Shown here in pieces: positions 47,748 to 62,147 of a stretch of 64,000 bases of DNA. Each line of letters opens with the position of its first letter. Position 1 is the stretch's first letter. Source of the DNA: Takakia lepidozioides. Lineage: Eukaryota; Plantae; Bryophyta. Under the pieces are notes generated by a model. That model was not told the DNA's origin and made no database searches. It was given only the letters and a program-made list of their open reading frames with translations. The DNA is taken from NCBI GenBank assembly GCA_030704615.1, contig CM060734.1:61876001-61940000 (forward strand), read 5' to 3'. The translations under genes were made by a program, and so were the position numbers.

Positions 47748-50700
47748 CAGTGGTACTTTGGAGCTTGATATCTGTCCCTCTTGGATGGATCTGCACCACA
47801 CTCCATCCCTGCCTCCTTCAGCTATCCCCACCTCGACAACAATAGTGCATAAATCCTCCCCCTTCCTGTAGTAGCTGACAATAGCAACCCAAATTTCATC
47901 TAGCCAACACCCCAACCCCTACTTACCACACACTCCTAGCTGCATTGCTGACAAGACTTCAAAAGTGTGTTAGGGAGAGAGGAAGTACAACAATCTGCAA
48001 GGACAATTTTCAATGTGTACTGTTGTCTAGCTTCTGCTGTAGCATAACAGGCATTCACCTTTCTACCACTGACTGTGGTTTGAAAAATATTCCTTCCAAA
48101 ACTTCGCCTCTCCTTTAGTTTCAGTTTTTGGATATTTTCCTGCAAAGCCATTGGCAGTCATACGTCAAAAACATTCCAAACCACCGTAGATCCACCAAAT
48201 GAGCTAACTTACACAATGCATAATGAAAAAGTAGGGTTGAATCTGCTCTCACCACATTGTGCTTGACCTTGTGTCTCTCACCCAAGGCGGATTCAACCAA
48301 CCGTCAATCCAAAGGACCTCTTGTGAGTGCTGCTCATGTCTGTAGTCCGGTGATCATGAATTGGTCTGTGAAAGCCATAAGGGTTGAGGCATACTCACTT
48401 TCATCTTCAAACTTTCGAAGGAGCTTCACATCCATATCACAATTACAACCACACTCTGGGTCCTTCCACCATTACCATAGTCATGGCGATTAGCTTTGCT
48501 TTCAGGCATAGAGGATTCAACTATGCCTCATTCCAAAGCATCCCTTGCGTGTACTCCTTATGTCCATAGTCTGGAGATTTTGGATGGGTCTGCAAAACCC
48601 ACCAGGGTGCAGCTGAACCCCAGAGTTTCAGCCAACAGCTTCCTAAGACCAAGCTACCCTCCCGAGTACCTTGCAAACTCCAGTGCCAAACCCTGGGAAT
48701 CATTCTTTCATGCCCTGCTTAGGAAGATCTACCTATGATCACAGTAGGCCGCTTTTGCAGAACAAACATAGATCTAGGTCAAGCTCAAAAACTAGGGGTA
48801 CAATCGAATCTGCAAAATATCATCATACCAGAGTCAGACCAAATGCCTCCTTCACAGACTCCTTGACATCCTTCTTCAAGAAAGCGCACCTTGCCAACGC
48901 TGTAATCCCACCATTGTGAAGGATCTTTAAAGAACCCTGCCAGCGCTGTTTCACGCTCCAGCTTTGACCTACGTGCAAGAGGCAGGATAGTCCTTTTGTG
49001 ACTTCTTCAACCAAATTGTAAGAGTTCCTGCTGGATGGGACAAAAGACAAATCCAACCTGGATCCTACGGTGCCTACAACGTGCGACCCCCTAGAAAAAA
49101 TGGCAATGTGTTTCGTGTTATTACCTTTCATTGCCAACGGTGATGTTCCCAGGAAGTCCAGTAAGCGACTGCCCGGTGTCCAGGATGATGGGGTGCTCTC
49201 TATTGTTGATGATGGAATGTATTAGGCCAAAGACGAGGGAGACGCAGGCAGCTTATGAGGATTACTGAGCACGATTCAGAAGTATTTTGGGGACCAGCCC
49301 CGAGACATTTTGCGGGGAGCTGCCTACTACCACCAAACTTACAAGAATCTCGAATAATAGGGACCAGAATAGGGCAACCTACTCTCATGAACCAACAGGG
49401 ACCACTTTTGCTGTTTTCATTGCTACTACGAGTAGAATTGACGTTAATCGCAGCAACTGAGAGTTACCATTGGAAACGTGAGTCTGACCCACTTGACTTC
49501 ATCTTCTTGCAAACTTCTTGAAGAGGTCGCCAGGGGAGACCACCCTGTGGAGACCAATGCATTAGATTGGATCACTGTCAGGACATTTGAAGTCGACCTC
49601 TCCGCACAGACAATGAAGTTCTGGTGATGGCTTACGCAACCGATGAAGTGATACAACTGGCTAGAAAGAACGGTTGGACGTCGCACTTGGCGTCAGATAC
49701 AGCCCTTGATTTACATACAGAGGGGACAAGAGAGACCCACCAAAAATATACAAGTGAAGGAAGCCAAAAACTCGCTGACATACTTTAGGATAACTCCCAG
49801 GTGCCCGAGGATAGCCATTCACGTAGAATTCCTGTAGATTGCCACAGAGGGATCGTTAGCGCCGACCTTGGAATCCCAACACCGGTCATAGTTTGGAAAT
49901 TTGACGATCACACAGTACGCTGTAGAAATTAGATTGGGCAAATACTCACACAATGATTTGACAGTGTACATTCTGAAATTGCCCCTAGCCTGGCAACCGC
50001 AAGTTCCCCAACCCCTCCTTCAAAACCTCTGTTACACAACTGAAAGACGACCCACTCCGTAATCGTCTCCGCACTGTGCAGATTCAACATCCTCTCGCTT
50101 TCACCGTGCAACTGTTCTTGGGTGTTTGCATGTTCGCGAAGTTGTTGGCGTTCTGAAAATTGATCGATTTGAGGACCCTGACAAGAAGAAAGAGATTGAA
50201 AAACTGTTGAACACGATGTGACGTGAGCGATTTGGACAGCTGGAAACTAAATAGTCATTAATTTGAGGAGCGAATGCTCGGGTAAGAGGGGCGTGGAGTA
50301 GTAAAGATCAGACTGGAGTAGTGAGGGCCATGTAAAGCCCACTAAGCGACTAAGAAATAGTGAAGCATAGCTAATCTGGGCTACCTACAACACACAAAGG
50401 GCATGTGTTTCAATTCGAATGAAATGGGACATTTGCAACGTGAGTGCCTCAAAATCAGACTGCTGAACATGGCCAAGCAACCATAGAGTTGCCAACTGCC
50501 TCAATCAATCTATCACAACACCAAATTTCTTGACATTCACCATTCCTACAGGAGATACTAGCCTTTCCAATATAAGCATATCCACATGTGCTCAATACAT
50601 GTCATAACCATTGTTGTTATGCAAATCACAGGTACATTGTGTACCTGTGGTGTCCCTTGAATACACGATTCCCTCCTGTGCAGCAAACCTGTGTATTTGG

Positions 50701-50817
50701 CTCTACGATCGTGACCCCTCCTTAGGCACATCTATCTGCAGGTAATAAGAACCTTCCTAGTAAAACAACTTAATGTACTAGATTATTCACATTTTGATAT
50801 GTCAGATGTTAGCAGTA

Positions 50818-53800
50818 TTATGTCGAGATGAATGCTGTGCCAAGAGGTCCGAAAGTGGCTAGTGAATGTGCAGAAGAAAGAGAGTAAGAGACAGCCCCAC
50901 AAAGAAAGACATCCCTGCACTTATCAATGGGCTCAAAGCTCCTCTGGAACATGTGGCCACTGCCAGGGCCATGGTAGCATTGTAGACCATTATGGACAAT
51001 AAAGCCAAGGCAAAGGCTGTAGCTTGGCTGCCAGATCTTGACTCCCTGGAGTGCGCCAGTATTGCTGCAGTCCCAATCTAGTCACAAACACAATATGCAG
51101 AGTGGATTGTCAAGAACCACTGTGAGAGATGAGGTAAGAACCAAAATGTGCTTAGTTCATAGTGACTAATGTATGGGCTTTTAAGTCAACAACCACATGT
51201 TTACATAGCCATCAGAAAAACTCTTTTAACTCCTCCCCTCCAAGTGGCCACCCCACCCTTTTTGGATTTTTTAGCATGCACGGAAAATGTCAGTAACTGT
51301 GTCTCTTGTCCCTCAATTTGAAGTTGGGGCATGTGGATATCAGAGCTGAATACTGGTAAAGAACATTCTGTAGGAAAGAATTCACTGTTAATGCCACTAT
51401 AAATCCAACCCCAGGGAAAGCGTTCAGTGATATTAGTAGTCCCCTTTCTATGCTATCGTAATCTCCCCCCACCTAAAGCAAGCTCTCTACACCACCTTTT
51501 ACATATTCTCGAAGAATAGTATCCTTGCATGTCATACATGACGTATGGTCTGTTCAGAGGTTTTGTTTTTGAAATCACAAAAGTCTCAACCCTGGTTTGA
51601 TCCATAAACTGGCTTCCAGCATCGTTAGTAACACAAATTTTGTGCAAGTGAGCAGTGCTTACCAGCCCATAAACTACACAAGAGGATACTGCAGCATCCC
51701 TTTGATGTAAAACCCGCCGAAGCTCCACAAGCTTGCCCTCTTCATTCCCTGTATCTTGTATCCATTGCCTTCTCATTTCGCCAGAAGTAGCAAGCTGCTC
51801 CTTTTGTTCCTCCTTCATGTGGTTCAGTGGTTCCTCCCATTCATCCCTCTGTTTTGGCAACAAGTCAGCTCTGTCATTGGGGCCTTGGGTTGTTTTGGCT
51901 TGAATCTTTGTACAGAGGTCTGTCATTTGAAGCATTATGTCTCGCCGAGACAGTTCCTGTAAGGAGGGAACCCCAAGAACTGCTTTGGGGGTCAGGCCAG
52001 CACTGGGTACTTGCAGGCCTTCCACCTGTCAGCATGCCAAGTATGCATTTAGAGAAAGTGTCCATGCAGAGCCCTACGCCATAAGAAGTTGAACATACAT
52101 GCTGTCAGACACTGAGTGTCAGATTCACTGTAGCAAGAGTGAGCATTCCTTCCTTATGGATGGTGAGAAGATTATGCTACCATGCTTATACAGATACTCA
52201 GTCCACCACAAAATTTACAAACTGCAGTTATACCTGAATAATATGACGAATGGAGCCCTGGGAAGACACATCAAGCATGGTGCTGTTCCGGAACTCCAAG
52301 TTTCCCTCTTTACTCCTCCACTCACCCTCCCCAGCAACCACTACCTACACAGACATGCAGAAATTCAATAAATGTTGAAGAGTAGTGTAGACACATATAG
52401 TCACAAGTCCAAATGCATCTCTCTCTCTCTCTCAAGAACATAGTCCCTCCACCTCTGGTCACGAACTTCAAAAATCTTGAGGCTAGCCTAAGGCCCTGGC
52501 CCTGTTTGGGTCTAATTGCTGGACAGGTCCCACACAGCAAGTTGATTGTGTAAAGGGCTTTCTACAGGATAACTGGAAAACCCGAACTAATTGTCTTCAT
52601 CAAGGTAAGTCACACTACTGGAGTGAGCCCCTCACAAAGGTAGTATCTGTTCCCGTTTGTTCCACCCAAATTGGGCACGGGGTCCAAGGCTACGGCAAAC
52701 AACGTCTTATGAGTACATTCTCTCTGTGTGCTGATTGAGGCTAAGCCAACAGCTGTTCGAATTGACCCCCACCGACCTTTCGTCACCCCTTTTCTGCTCG
52801 TAGGGATGTCTATGCCTCAGGGCTACAGCAAGGAAAGCGAAACAAGTCCATCATTCAGTCACACTGCACAACCCCATGAATTGCTCTTTGTCCTCCTTGG
52901 GTGCTCGTCCCTTGTTTCCTAAACACTAGCACATGTCATTCCTCATGGCCTTCTACAAACAGTGGTGCCAAAGCCTCTCAAAGTGAAATCAACCAGAAAC
53001 AAGTTACAATAACCATTACCCGATGAACATGGCCGGTGGGTGAAACATCAAGTAGAATCACGTCTGAGAGATGAGCACCCTCCAGCTTAGTGGCATACCA
53101 GATACGTTGCAACACCCTACGCAATGGGTCCTTGCTGGTATCATCATCCCCCACATCTTTATCCACTGTCTACATACACTCGTGCAACAGAAATCCATCC
53201 AAAAGTCAAGCACTACTGTCAAAACTGGGGCATCAGGACCCCTTGAACTCAAAATACATGTGTGTTTGACTATGTCTCCTAAACTCTTCAGATGTTCCTC
53301 CATCTAGGGCCATTCTAGCATGGACCTGATCATCACACCAAATAACAAACTCAGGTTAAAAGACTTCCCACCTTGAGCCCATATTCAGGGTATATGAGGT
53401 CCTCTGTTTGTCGAAGGCCCTGCATGTGTGTAGTCAGCACTGCATCCACAGTCTTTCGAGCCCTGCCATAGCCCACCCCAGAATAATCCATCCAGCGTTA
53501 TGTTCATGTGTCCTATGTGCAGTCCATCTCAATTGATGTTGAAGATTGTTGGATTGTCAGTGTGAGCTAGTAGGGCATCACTTTTCTGGACCCAAGCATA
53601 TACCAGTTGTCCTCTGTCTGTCAGTCTCCACCGATCCTGTTATACAATCTTCAAGCTGGAGTGCTGACATAGGCCAACCAAAGAGTGACCAAGGCAAGGT
53701 GGCCCCATGAGTACAAACAACAAGCGAAGTAGAAGCTAAAGGATGACAAGAGGTTCGTACTGGGAGCTACTGTAAGGAACCAGGCATTCGTAGCATGCCA

Positions 53801-55592
53801 GCTTAAGCAAGGCAGCTACCACCCCCAGGCACAGTGGAGCCGCGAACATCCGCCATAGGGGCACACCTGCAGCAAAGAGGGCAACACTCTCCATGTCTGC
53901 CTGCTTCAAATCACATCAAAGTAGTCAACATTTGTACATGCACGCATACCCCCTTCCTTCCATAAAAGCACGTTACAATGGCAGAAGTCCTAGTCACCTG
54001 TAAACGGCCCAGGCCAAAGAAGGATGCTGCCAAGGAGGCCATCGGCATGGACAGTGCTGCAAAGTAGGGCAGCTGTAACATGGCGGCTGTGCCTGCCACT
54101 CCAAGTGGAAGCCCTACATTTGGTCAAAAGAACCCATTCACTGTAACATAAGACATTGTGATAAACTGTCCCCCAAATCTACAGGCAAATTCATGGACTC
54201 AAAAGCACATGGACGCCTCTGAAACCCTGAACCCTCCACCACCCAACACAACAAAAAGAAAGCCCAAAAGCTGAACAAGAAAATCAGTATCAAGGAGGTG
54301 GATATCTAAACACACACAGAATCTGACCAAGAACACACAGAACTAGGACTGACATTTAGACCAGAGGGACACCTCAATCCAGGTAATTCTTGTAGAGAGC
54401 ACCAACCTTCGAGGTGCCCTACATGAAAAGGAAAGTTCTAGAACCTACTTCCAGCTCCATCGAATACAAGAAGTCATGGAAGGAGTGTGTGTGTGTGTGT
54501 GAGAGAGAGAGAGCCATGACACCCTTCACTAACATAAGTCAATGTGATGAAGTATCCCACTCCAATCTCATAGGCAAATCCTCAAAGCATACCCGTGACT
54601 TTTCAAACCTGAACCCTCCAATAGCCCAGACAGAAAACAGAAAATAGTACCAACGATAACATGATCCGACAACCCACAAAGAAAACACACAAATTTTGGC
54701 AATTCGAAAGCTGGCCTATAGCAAAGGAGCATCTCAATCCAGGCAACTGTTCATTTCTCAAGAGAGCACTGAACTTTGCACTTCCCTATATGGAAAGGAT
54801 TTATTCCAAAGAGATCAATCTTGAAGTTCTAGCACCTTGTCTTCAACTTCATGGAGTATAAAGGGTCATGGAAGGTGTGTGTGTGTGTGTGTGTGTGGGA
54901 GAGAGAGAGAGAGGACCTGAAGCAACAACCTCGCGCAGTAGACCCACCAATGCGCCCAGGGACATGCCTAGAATCGAACAGAGTCCTACAGCGGTGAAAA
55001 AGACGGGGACCATCTCTGCCAGTATATATGTGTCCAGTATAGGCAACTGAGGCCATACACGCCCCAATGCGATGCCCTGCAGGGTATGAAGGGTTGCATC
55101 AACCCACTCTCCAATTGCGGCTACCCTGCTCTGACTTTTCCCAACAGCAATTTCAACAATTTCAACAATTTCGTCTTCTGAGTTGACGGGATCCAAAGTA
55201 TCGAGGGATGATAATGTTGAATCGGAGTCTGGAAAGCTTGTCGGGATGTTAGAAATGTGAATAGCTCCAGCATCCATTGAGTCTTCAGAAATCGGGGAAC
55301 TCTTCTTGGAATCTCTAGTTAAGAATTTTCGAGTGTGGCTGTCGGTGCTGCTTGGATTGACATGTCCAGACATCTGTACATCGGATATGAGCACTCGAAC
55401 CAAATGCCTAAAATGTGAACCAAGCTTCGCATTCAAGTGACAACTTATCGGTCTGAATTGCCGAAGACAACAACCACTAGCTTGACTCTGCCGAAACACG
55501 GCAGGGGATAGTGTACAAGCGACAATCCTGAATGAGCGGGGACATTGGTAACTTGTGAGAGGGCCCCCATGGCGTTGAATGAGGCGTGCCAT
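50818..55592 (-). CDS. LptF/LptG (YjgP/YjgQ)-family permease, multi-exon, probably plastid-targeted
   Basis: ILDTYILAEMVPVFF; LQLPYFAALSMPMASLAASFFGLGRLQ/ADMESVALFAAGVPLWR; RIWYA..LSDVILLD; LHQRDAAVSSCVVYGL/IG. Ser/Arg-rich N-terminus. Some internal exons not resolved. Confidence 0.8.
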
Positions 55593-56028
55593 TTGCAAAG
55601 GGCCACTGCACAGAAGCTGCAAGTACTGGGGAGCTGGGATTTGCTCCGGCGCCGTTGCCCAATAGGTGGGCTTGCGGTAGCGCCCCGCCTATTTGGCACT
55701 GTTCCTGCAAACTGACCAACTGTGCGCTGTTCTATGAGCCTCGTCTACTTTCCTACTAAGATTGAATGCTCAATCACAGAGATTCAGTGAAGAGGGGCAA
55801 AGAGAGGACAATAGACGACTGATGCGGATTGATGCAGACAACTTACACCAGGGATTTCTAACAACATGGTAACAGAGGAGGAATTAATGTTCATGATCAG
55901 ATGCATCCTTGCAACGACCAGCTAGCCTCTGGTCCGACCCTGGACAATTAGGGGCCCAAAGTGGGTTCCCCTGGATATCGAGGACTGCTGACATCACCAT
56001 CGTAACTCATCAGGCGGGATTCGGCGGA

Positions 56029-59000
56029 ATGTCTTTGGGGGTAGGGGCTGGATTTCCGTCCCTGCTGCCCACCACCTTTCGATTGTGCAATTTGGAGGAA
56101 CACTGTACAGGGCACCGAGGTTTCTCGCATCATCCACCCAATTCTCTTCACCACATTTGTACAATTCAAAAGACTTCTGGTTTGAATGAATTGCCCCGTT
56201 GGCAATCAAGAGTTAATCCGCACAATGTGAGCGGGGATCCACTTCAGGTAGATTCCAGGGTAGAGCTTGAGGCATGGTCACTAGAGGATAGCAAGAAGGA
56301 AGTGCTGCTCAGTAGCGAAGGCCTTGACGATCGCTGCACGAAGGGCCCGTCGGCTCTATGGAACGCAGACGCAGTGGAGTCAGTCGCAAGCCAGCCCAGT
56401 GACCAATCAGAGGAGATTAGGAAGCTTGACGAGGAACGGAACAGACTGGAGGAACTGTCTAGAAGGGTTGATTTCGAGGTGGATGGAGACAGCGGGAAGA
56501 AAGTTTGGGGTTGGAGAGCTTTGGCTGCGGAGGCAGAGCCAATGCCTGAGCAAGTTGTTAGGCCATTTGAAAAACGTCAGAACAGGTCTAGGCCAAGAAA
56601 TTCGAAGGAGAGGGATGGAGTCTCTACGCCTCTCAGTGTTGTTTCTGGTTTTGGTAGACAGATTGTTGAGGAGTGGACGGCTTCAGACAAAGACCCTTCT
56701 GTGTTGTCCTTCACCGGTACAGAAATAGGTGGAGGGAGTGATGTCACTACGGCGGGACCACTGTCGCCTGGCGGGGTCTATCAGCGCCTTACCATCAACT
56801 TGGATCTGCAGCTCCATCGGGCCCGCTGCTTGCGACAGAAAGGGTTGTTTGATCAGGCTACAGCCCTTTTGAGACAGGTACGTTCATGTATCCTGCAACA
56901 CGCAATCACCAGGCAGACTGACTGTGAGGTAACTAACAATGGTCCTGCATACACTTCTCTTGGCCATCACAGGAATGAAGTAAGAATGAACAGGATGTGG
57001 GAATTGAGGAAATCTGTCTTGTCCAAACTGGGCATGGACGTGCTGGTCAGGTTCTGCAGCTTGTAAAGCCTCTGAGTATGCTGAGTACCTTCCCTGGGCT
57101 GCTCTAGGGCAGGAATGAAGAGCTTATATGGAGCTTACTGCGGATTGAGCAGGCGTGAATGTATTTCCTAAGGTGGTGTATCTATTGTTCATATTTATGA
57201 TGGCTCATGTCTCATGTGTTCTTACATAATTTCGACCAGCTTTAGGAAGGGTTTGTGTCCCTCACCAATGAAGTCCAGCAAATTGTGAACTGCATCAGGG
57301 GAATATGATTTCAAAGAATAGTCTCAAATTTGGACTGTGCTAGAAGGTGCACTGGCAAATTGCACATTTTATCTCTGGGGTTGGATTGTTCCTGTGGACC
57401 TCCAAGTTCATCACATTGCCCTTGGTTCCATGGGCTGATGGCCTGAAATGCTCTCCAAGTCCATCCTAGACACATTATGATGGGCCCTGGACAGTGAGAG
57501 CCACACACTCTGTCTGGCATTCTACATACTTTGATCCCATCGTCATATGCTGTCAAGTTTTTTAGGTGTAATACCTTACTTTTGATCGCAGATGGCTCCC
57601 TTCTGTTTATAATTGCTGTTTGTCTCAGTTGCATATGGCTTGGTGGTCTAGTTTGCTCAAATTGCCTTATGGTTCTTTGGTTGCAACACCCTCAGTGGTG
57701 GTAGGTTAAGGACATTTGGCTAGCATTTAGATATGTTATCACCATTTATGGTGCAAAACCAGGCCCTCACTTGCCTAGCAAACATTGGTGTTTCCAGTGC
57801 ATCAGAGACTGGCCTGATGACGGCCGGCCATATGTCGCATTGGGGAATTTGTTCAAAAAGCTAGGCAAGGTGCAAAGTGCCAGGAGGGTGTTTGAAGATG
57901 GTTGTCAGGCATTGCGTGGTGAGAATGCCTACATTTGGCAGGTCAGCTCCTTTCTCCCACTTGAGCACTCTAGTCGGCAAGTTGCCTCTTTTTTTTTCTG
58001 TATCAACATGGTTTTCGGATGGTGTCTGCAGGGAGCCTGTATGGGTCCATGATTGGATTCTGGTGTTTGCATGGGTGGGTGGGTGGTGGGGATGGTGATA
58101 GACGTGGGCAGTTCTGGAGGAGAGCTGTGGTAATAGCGGCAAAGCCAGGAAGCTTTTTGATGCAGCTACAGTTGCTGACAAGAAGCATGCTGCAGCCTGG
58201 CATGGCTGGGCTATGTTGGAGCTGCGGGAGGGCAACCTAAAAAGGGCCAGAGAGCTACTGAGTAAAGGGCTGAAAGTCTGTGATCCAAATGAATACATCT
58301 TGCAGACACTTGCCTTGATTGAGCTGAAAGCAGGCAGGCTTGAAGAGGCACGCTCCCTGTTTGGCAAGGCTATTCAAGTGAACTCAAAGAGTGCAGCTAG
58401 CTGGTTGGTAAGCTATTGAAACGAGCTTTGTTCTTCCCACTTGTTGGAGGAGTAGCCTTCATCTGGGAGAGTAATGCTCACTCGGCTGGAAAGAGAGCTT
58501 GATTGTACTTGTGTCCAGAGTGGGAGGGCTGGAAGATTTTGTATTAGCTTGCTGCAAACACCTTGTTGAGTGTTGTAGTTAAATTATTTACCAAGAGCTG
58601 AACTATTTGTCATAGATAAACAAGGAAACAGCACAATTGAGGGGTCTTGTTGCCTGCTATTAGGCAAGCTCCTTTCTGTGCAAGATTGAGAGGTATTTGC
58701 CACATCTGCCCAAGCCAAGCACAATTTCTTGAGCACACCTCACGTACATTACACATTGAAAGATACATGGTTATATCATGACTGGACTTCTACTGTAGCA
58801 GGAGTCTGAGTCATGCTTTGACCAGTGTGTATTTGTGACAGGCATGGGCACTGATGGAATCTGACCAAGACTTCTCCACAACCGCTCGTCGGCTATTCCA
58901 GGTCTTTCAGTTCTCGTCTGTTTGCCATCCTGTTGATCGCATTGCCTTCCTTATGTCTGTTTCTATCGAAATGTACGTGTCTGCTGTCAGGTTTATCATG

Positions 59001-60552
59001 CTTTCCTCTAACAAGTGACGAATTGGTGACTGAACAAATGTGACAGAGAGGGATAGAAGGGAGTCCTAAGAATCGGTATGTATGGCAAGCATGGGCGTTG
59101 TTCGAGGCGAAACAGGGCAACAAGGAGCGTGCCCGGCAGCTTTTCCACCGAGGGCAGGAGCTGAATCCAAAAGATCCGGTGCTTTTACAGGCTTTAGGGC
59201 TGTTTGAGTATGACTGTCGCCGCCCTGGCATTGCTCGTGAACTCTTCAAGCGTGCCGTCGCTATGGATCCTAAACATCAGCCTGTTTGGGTTGTATGTTA
59301 CCTTTGACCCTTCTTGCAGTGTCATCACCATTGTCTTCTCTCCACCTCTTCCTGTCCAGACTATGTCAATTATAAGTGTCTGGATTGCTGCAAGAAGTAG
59401 AGAGATCAAAATTTGAGGACTTACCAAGAGGTAGCTTGGGCTGAGGCAATAGGGTTTTCTGCAGGCCTGGGGCTGGATGGAGTGGAGAGAAGGCAACTTG
59501 TCTACAGCTCGGGAGCTCTTTCAAAGGGCTGTCTCTGTCGACTCTAGAAGTATGGATGCAGTCCGTGCCTTCCAGGTCTGTCTTTCTTGTTCTTCACTGT
59601 ACGAGGGTTCCTGACTTTCAGAGTATGAGTATATGGGATTGTATATGATGGCAGTTATATATTTCATCGTCAAGCTGCACTTGTTGGAGTGTGTGTATGG
59701 TATGGCTGGGTAGGAAATGACAAGGTCATTCATTTGCTTGATCAAGCCTAAACAACTTGAGCTTGGGTTGGCCAGGCCTGGGGAATTTTGGAAGACAGGG
59801 CAGGTAATGCGGGAGTGGCTCGAGTGTTGTTCAGATGTGCATTGAAAGTGGACTCTCAGAATGTGCCAGCCTGGATGTCCTGGGCTGCTATGGAAGAGCG
59901 CCAAGGCAATGCTGTACGTGCGGATGAGCTGCGCAATCTCTGCTTTCAGCAGGTTTGACGTATTCATGCTGTCATGACTGCTGGTCTTACTCTCCCTCGA
60001 GTATATAAGTTGAACAAATTGGGAATATCCAGACAGATAAAAGTGGGAATCACCCTTTGCGGATCAGTGAGAAAGCTGCTGAGCTCCTTTGGCGTATCTA
60101 GATGATGCTATTCCTTAATCAGTTTAACATTGCATGAGTCCGCTGCCTGTGATCTTGGTATCATTGCAGACAACAAACTGGCATCCATCAAAATTGCTGG
60201 CAAAGGGTGAGTGTTGACTATGGGGATGGTTGGTGTTAATGGGTGGTATCTTTGCAGCTGCTCAAAATACTCTGACGTTAAATTGTGGTACACTTTGTCC
60301 AATGTGCAGAGAATGGAAGTTGTGGATGATGGTACTTGGAATGTCAGTATATCTGACATACTGGCTCCGGCCATTGATCGCATCAAAGGTTTTTTCAAGC
60401 TGGAGCAGAAGGATCGAGCTCCAGCTTTCTCAGCAGCTTCTGAGGGTGGGATAGCAATGGAATCCACAAGAGGTGAAGACTTCCAGGCAGGAGAAGAAGA
60501 GTTTGATGTGGAGGCCTTTCTGAAGGCTAAGTTTCCATGGAAGTATGGATAG
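56029..60552 (+). CDS. HCF107: HCF107/Mbb1-like chloroplast HAT(TPR)-repeat RNA-binding protein, multi-exon
   Basis: INLDLQLHRAR, CIRDWPDDGRPYVALG, GENAYIWQ, LFDAATVADKKHAAAWHGWA, NPKDPVLLQ and EFDVEAFLK. Exons include 56029-56877, 57798-57941 and 58102-58407. Confidence 0.9.
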
Positions 60553-62147
60553 GATGATAGTGGTAGCTTCTTCAAAGCTTGTCTTAGGGGTTTTCTCAGG
60601 ACCCAACTCATGACGATGGGGCCATGGCAATTTGGTTGTTGATCAGGCCTGCCCGAGGAATATCATAATCATTCATGAGGGCAACAAGCAGGTATTCCCT
60701 GGACAAATGGTGAGATACAAGTGGTTCATTGGACATAAACCTGTGCACTATTGGACGGGCACTTCACCCTCTGACAATCTAGGTAGTAAACAGCCTTGCT
60801 GTCGTTCTTCCTATGTGGTGGTGTATTCTGATTGACTAATGAGAGCAGTAGTGGAACAGAAGCTTGGGGTGTGAACTGGACATGCTACCCTTCTTTGCAA
60901 GTTGTGGATTGAATGGAGTGCTCAGGAGTGGACAGCAAGTTATTCCTACAGGTAAAGCACAAACATCAAACTACAGACCCTGGGGTATATATTTTGTAAC
61001 TGGCAGGTGCTGGTCCTTTCCAAATAAAACATCATCCGACGACATAGAGGTAGTGTATTCCCCCTAGCAATGTCAGCCTCTTGGCAATTCCGGCATTTGT
61101 CTTCACTCCATGTTTTCTAAATTTAACTTTCTATTTGCCTCTGATCATCTGACGATCCCCGGTATGCTGTAGATATGCTGTACACATGTCAAGTACGTGC
61201 ATGTTGGTCAATGCAACAAGCCCTATGAATGGCAAGGGCATGACCAAGAGAAGCATTTGGTCCCTTCTTTGATCACTACAGGGGAATATGATTATGCGAT
61301 AGGTGGTGCAATTATTGCCAGGATATTTTAGATGACTATACTTTGGCAATGCCTTACACATCCTAAGTAAGCAAGCATAGGTGTAAATGAGTTGCAAGTG
61401 AGATGGTACTGACAAAGCATGTCAATGTAGTGGCGATTGGAAATTCATAGGATGGCTCAAGTCCTCGACATTGAAAAAGACAATATTTTGCAAGCTTAAA
61501 GTGGTTCCCGCATGAAGGGTTCTCATGTAGACATCTTATGACTCACAATATTTCTGCAAACAAACATCACTTGGAAAGACGGGAACTTAAGTAGATAGTC
61601 TACTTCCAGAGGGAATGGAAACCTCACACAAGCCCATCAAATTCCTCCAAAAGGAACAGGGGAACCCCTGATAATACTCATAAGTGGACAATTTCTAGTG
61701 TATGATTCTGTCACCTTCCTTTGGGATTAGGGAAAAGAAGAAAACAATCTCTTGGCATGCCAAGAATCACCACAAGAGAGTTGTTGCATCCTCACCAAAC
61801 AAGTGAGGAAGGGCTGAATCATCTCTCAGTTTCTGTACTGGAGACTGCACAAATCACATAACAGGACCCCAGGGCCTAGGTGCATGCTGGCCTTCACCCT
61901 AAATTGCAATTTCTTGTTGCAAAGCCTCCTAGTGTCTCAAATATGTGGATCCAGCCATAAAGAGGGGCCACTCCTGGCTGAGATCTGTTTCTCTTTGTTG
62001 AACTCCCTGGTCCTCCTCTCATCAGAGAACAATCTACGCTAAGCTACCATGGTCATCCATTCTTCATCCACCACACCTCCAGTATACACTGGTCTGATGC
62101 CCTATTAGACTACAAGAGTAAGACTAGTAGTGGGGTAACATCCTGTT

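Noticed and set aside
48190-50200. Possible decayed gene or LINE fragment
   Set aside because: Only short ORFs, with no RT, endonuclease or other motif I can support.
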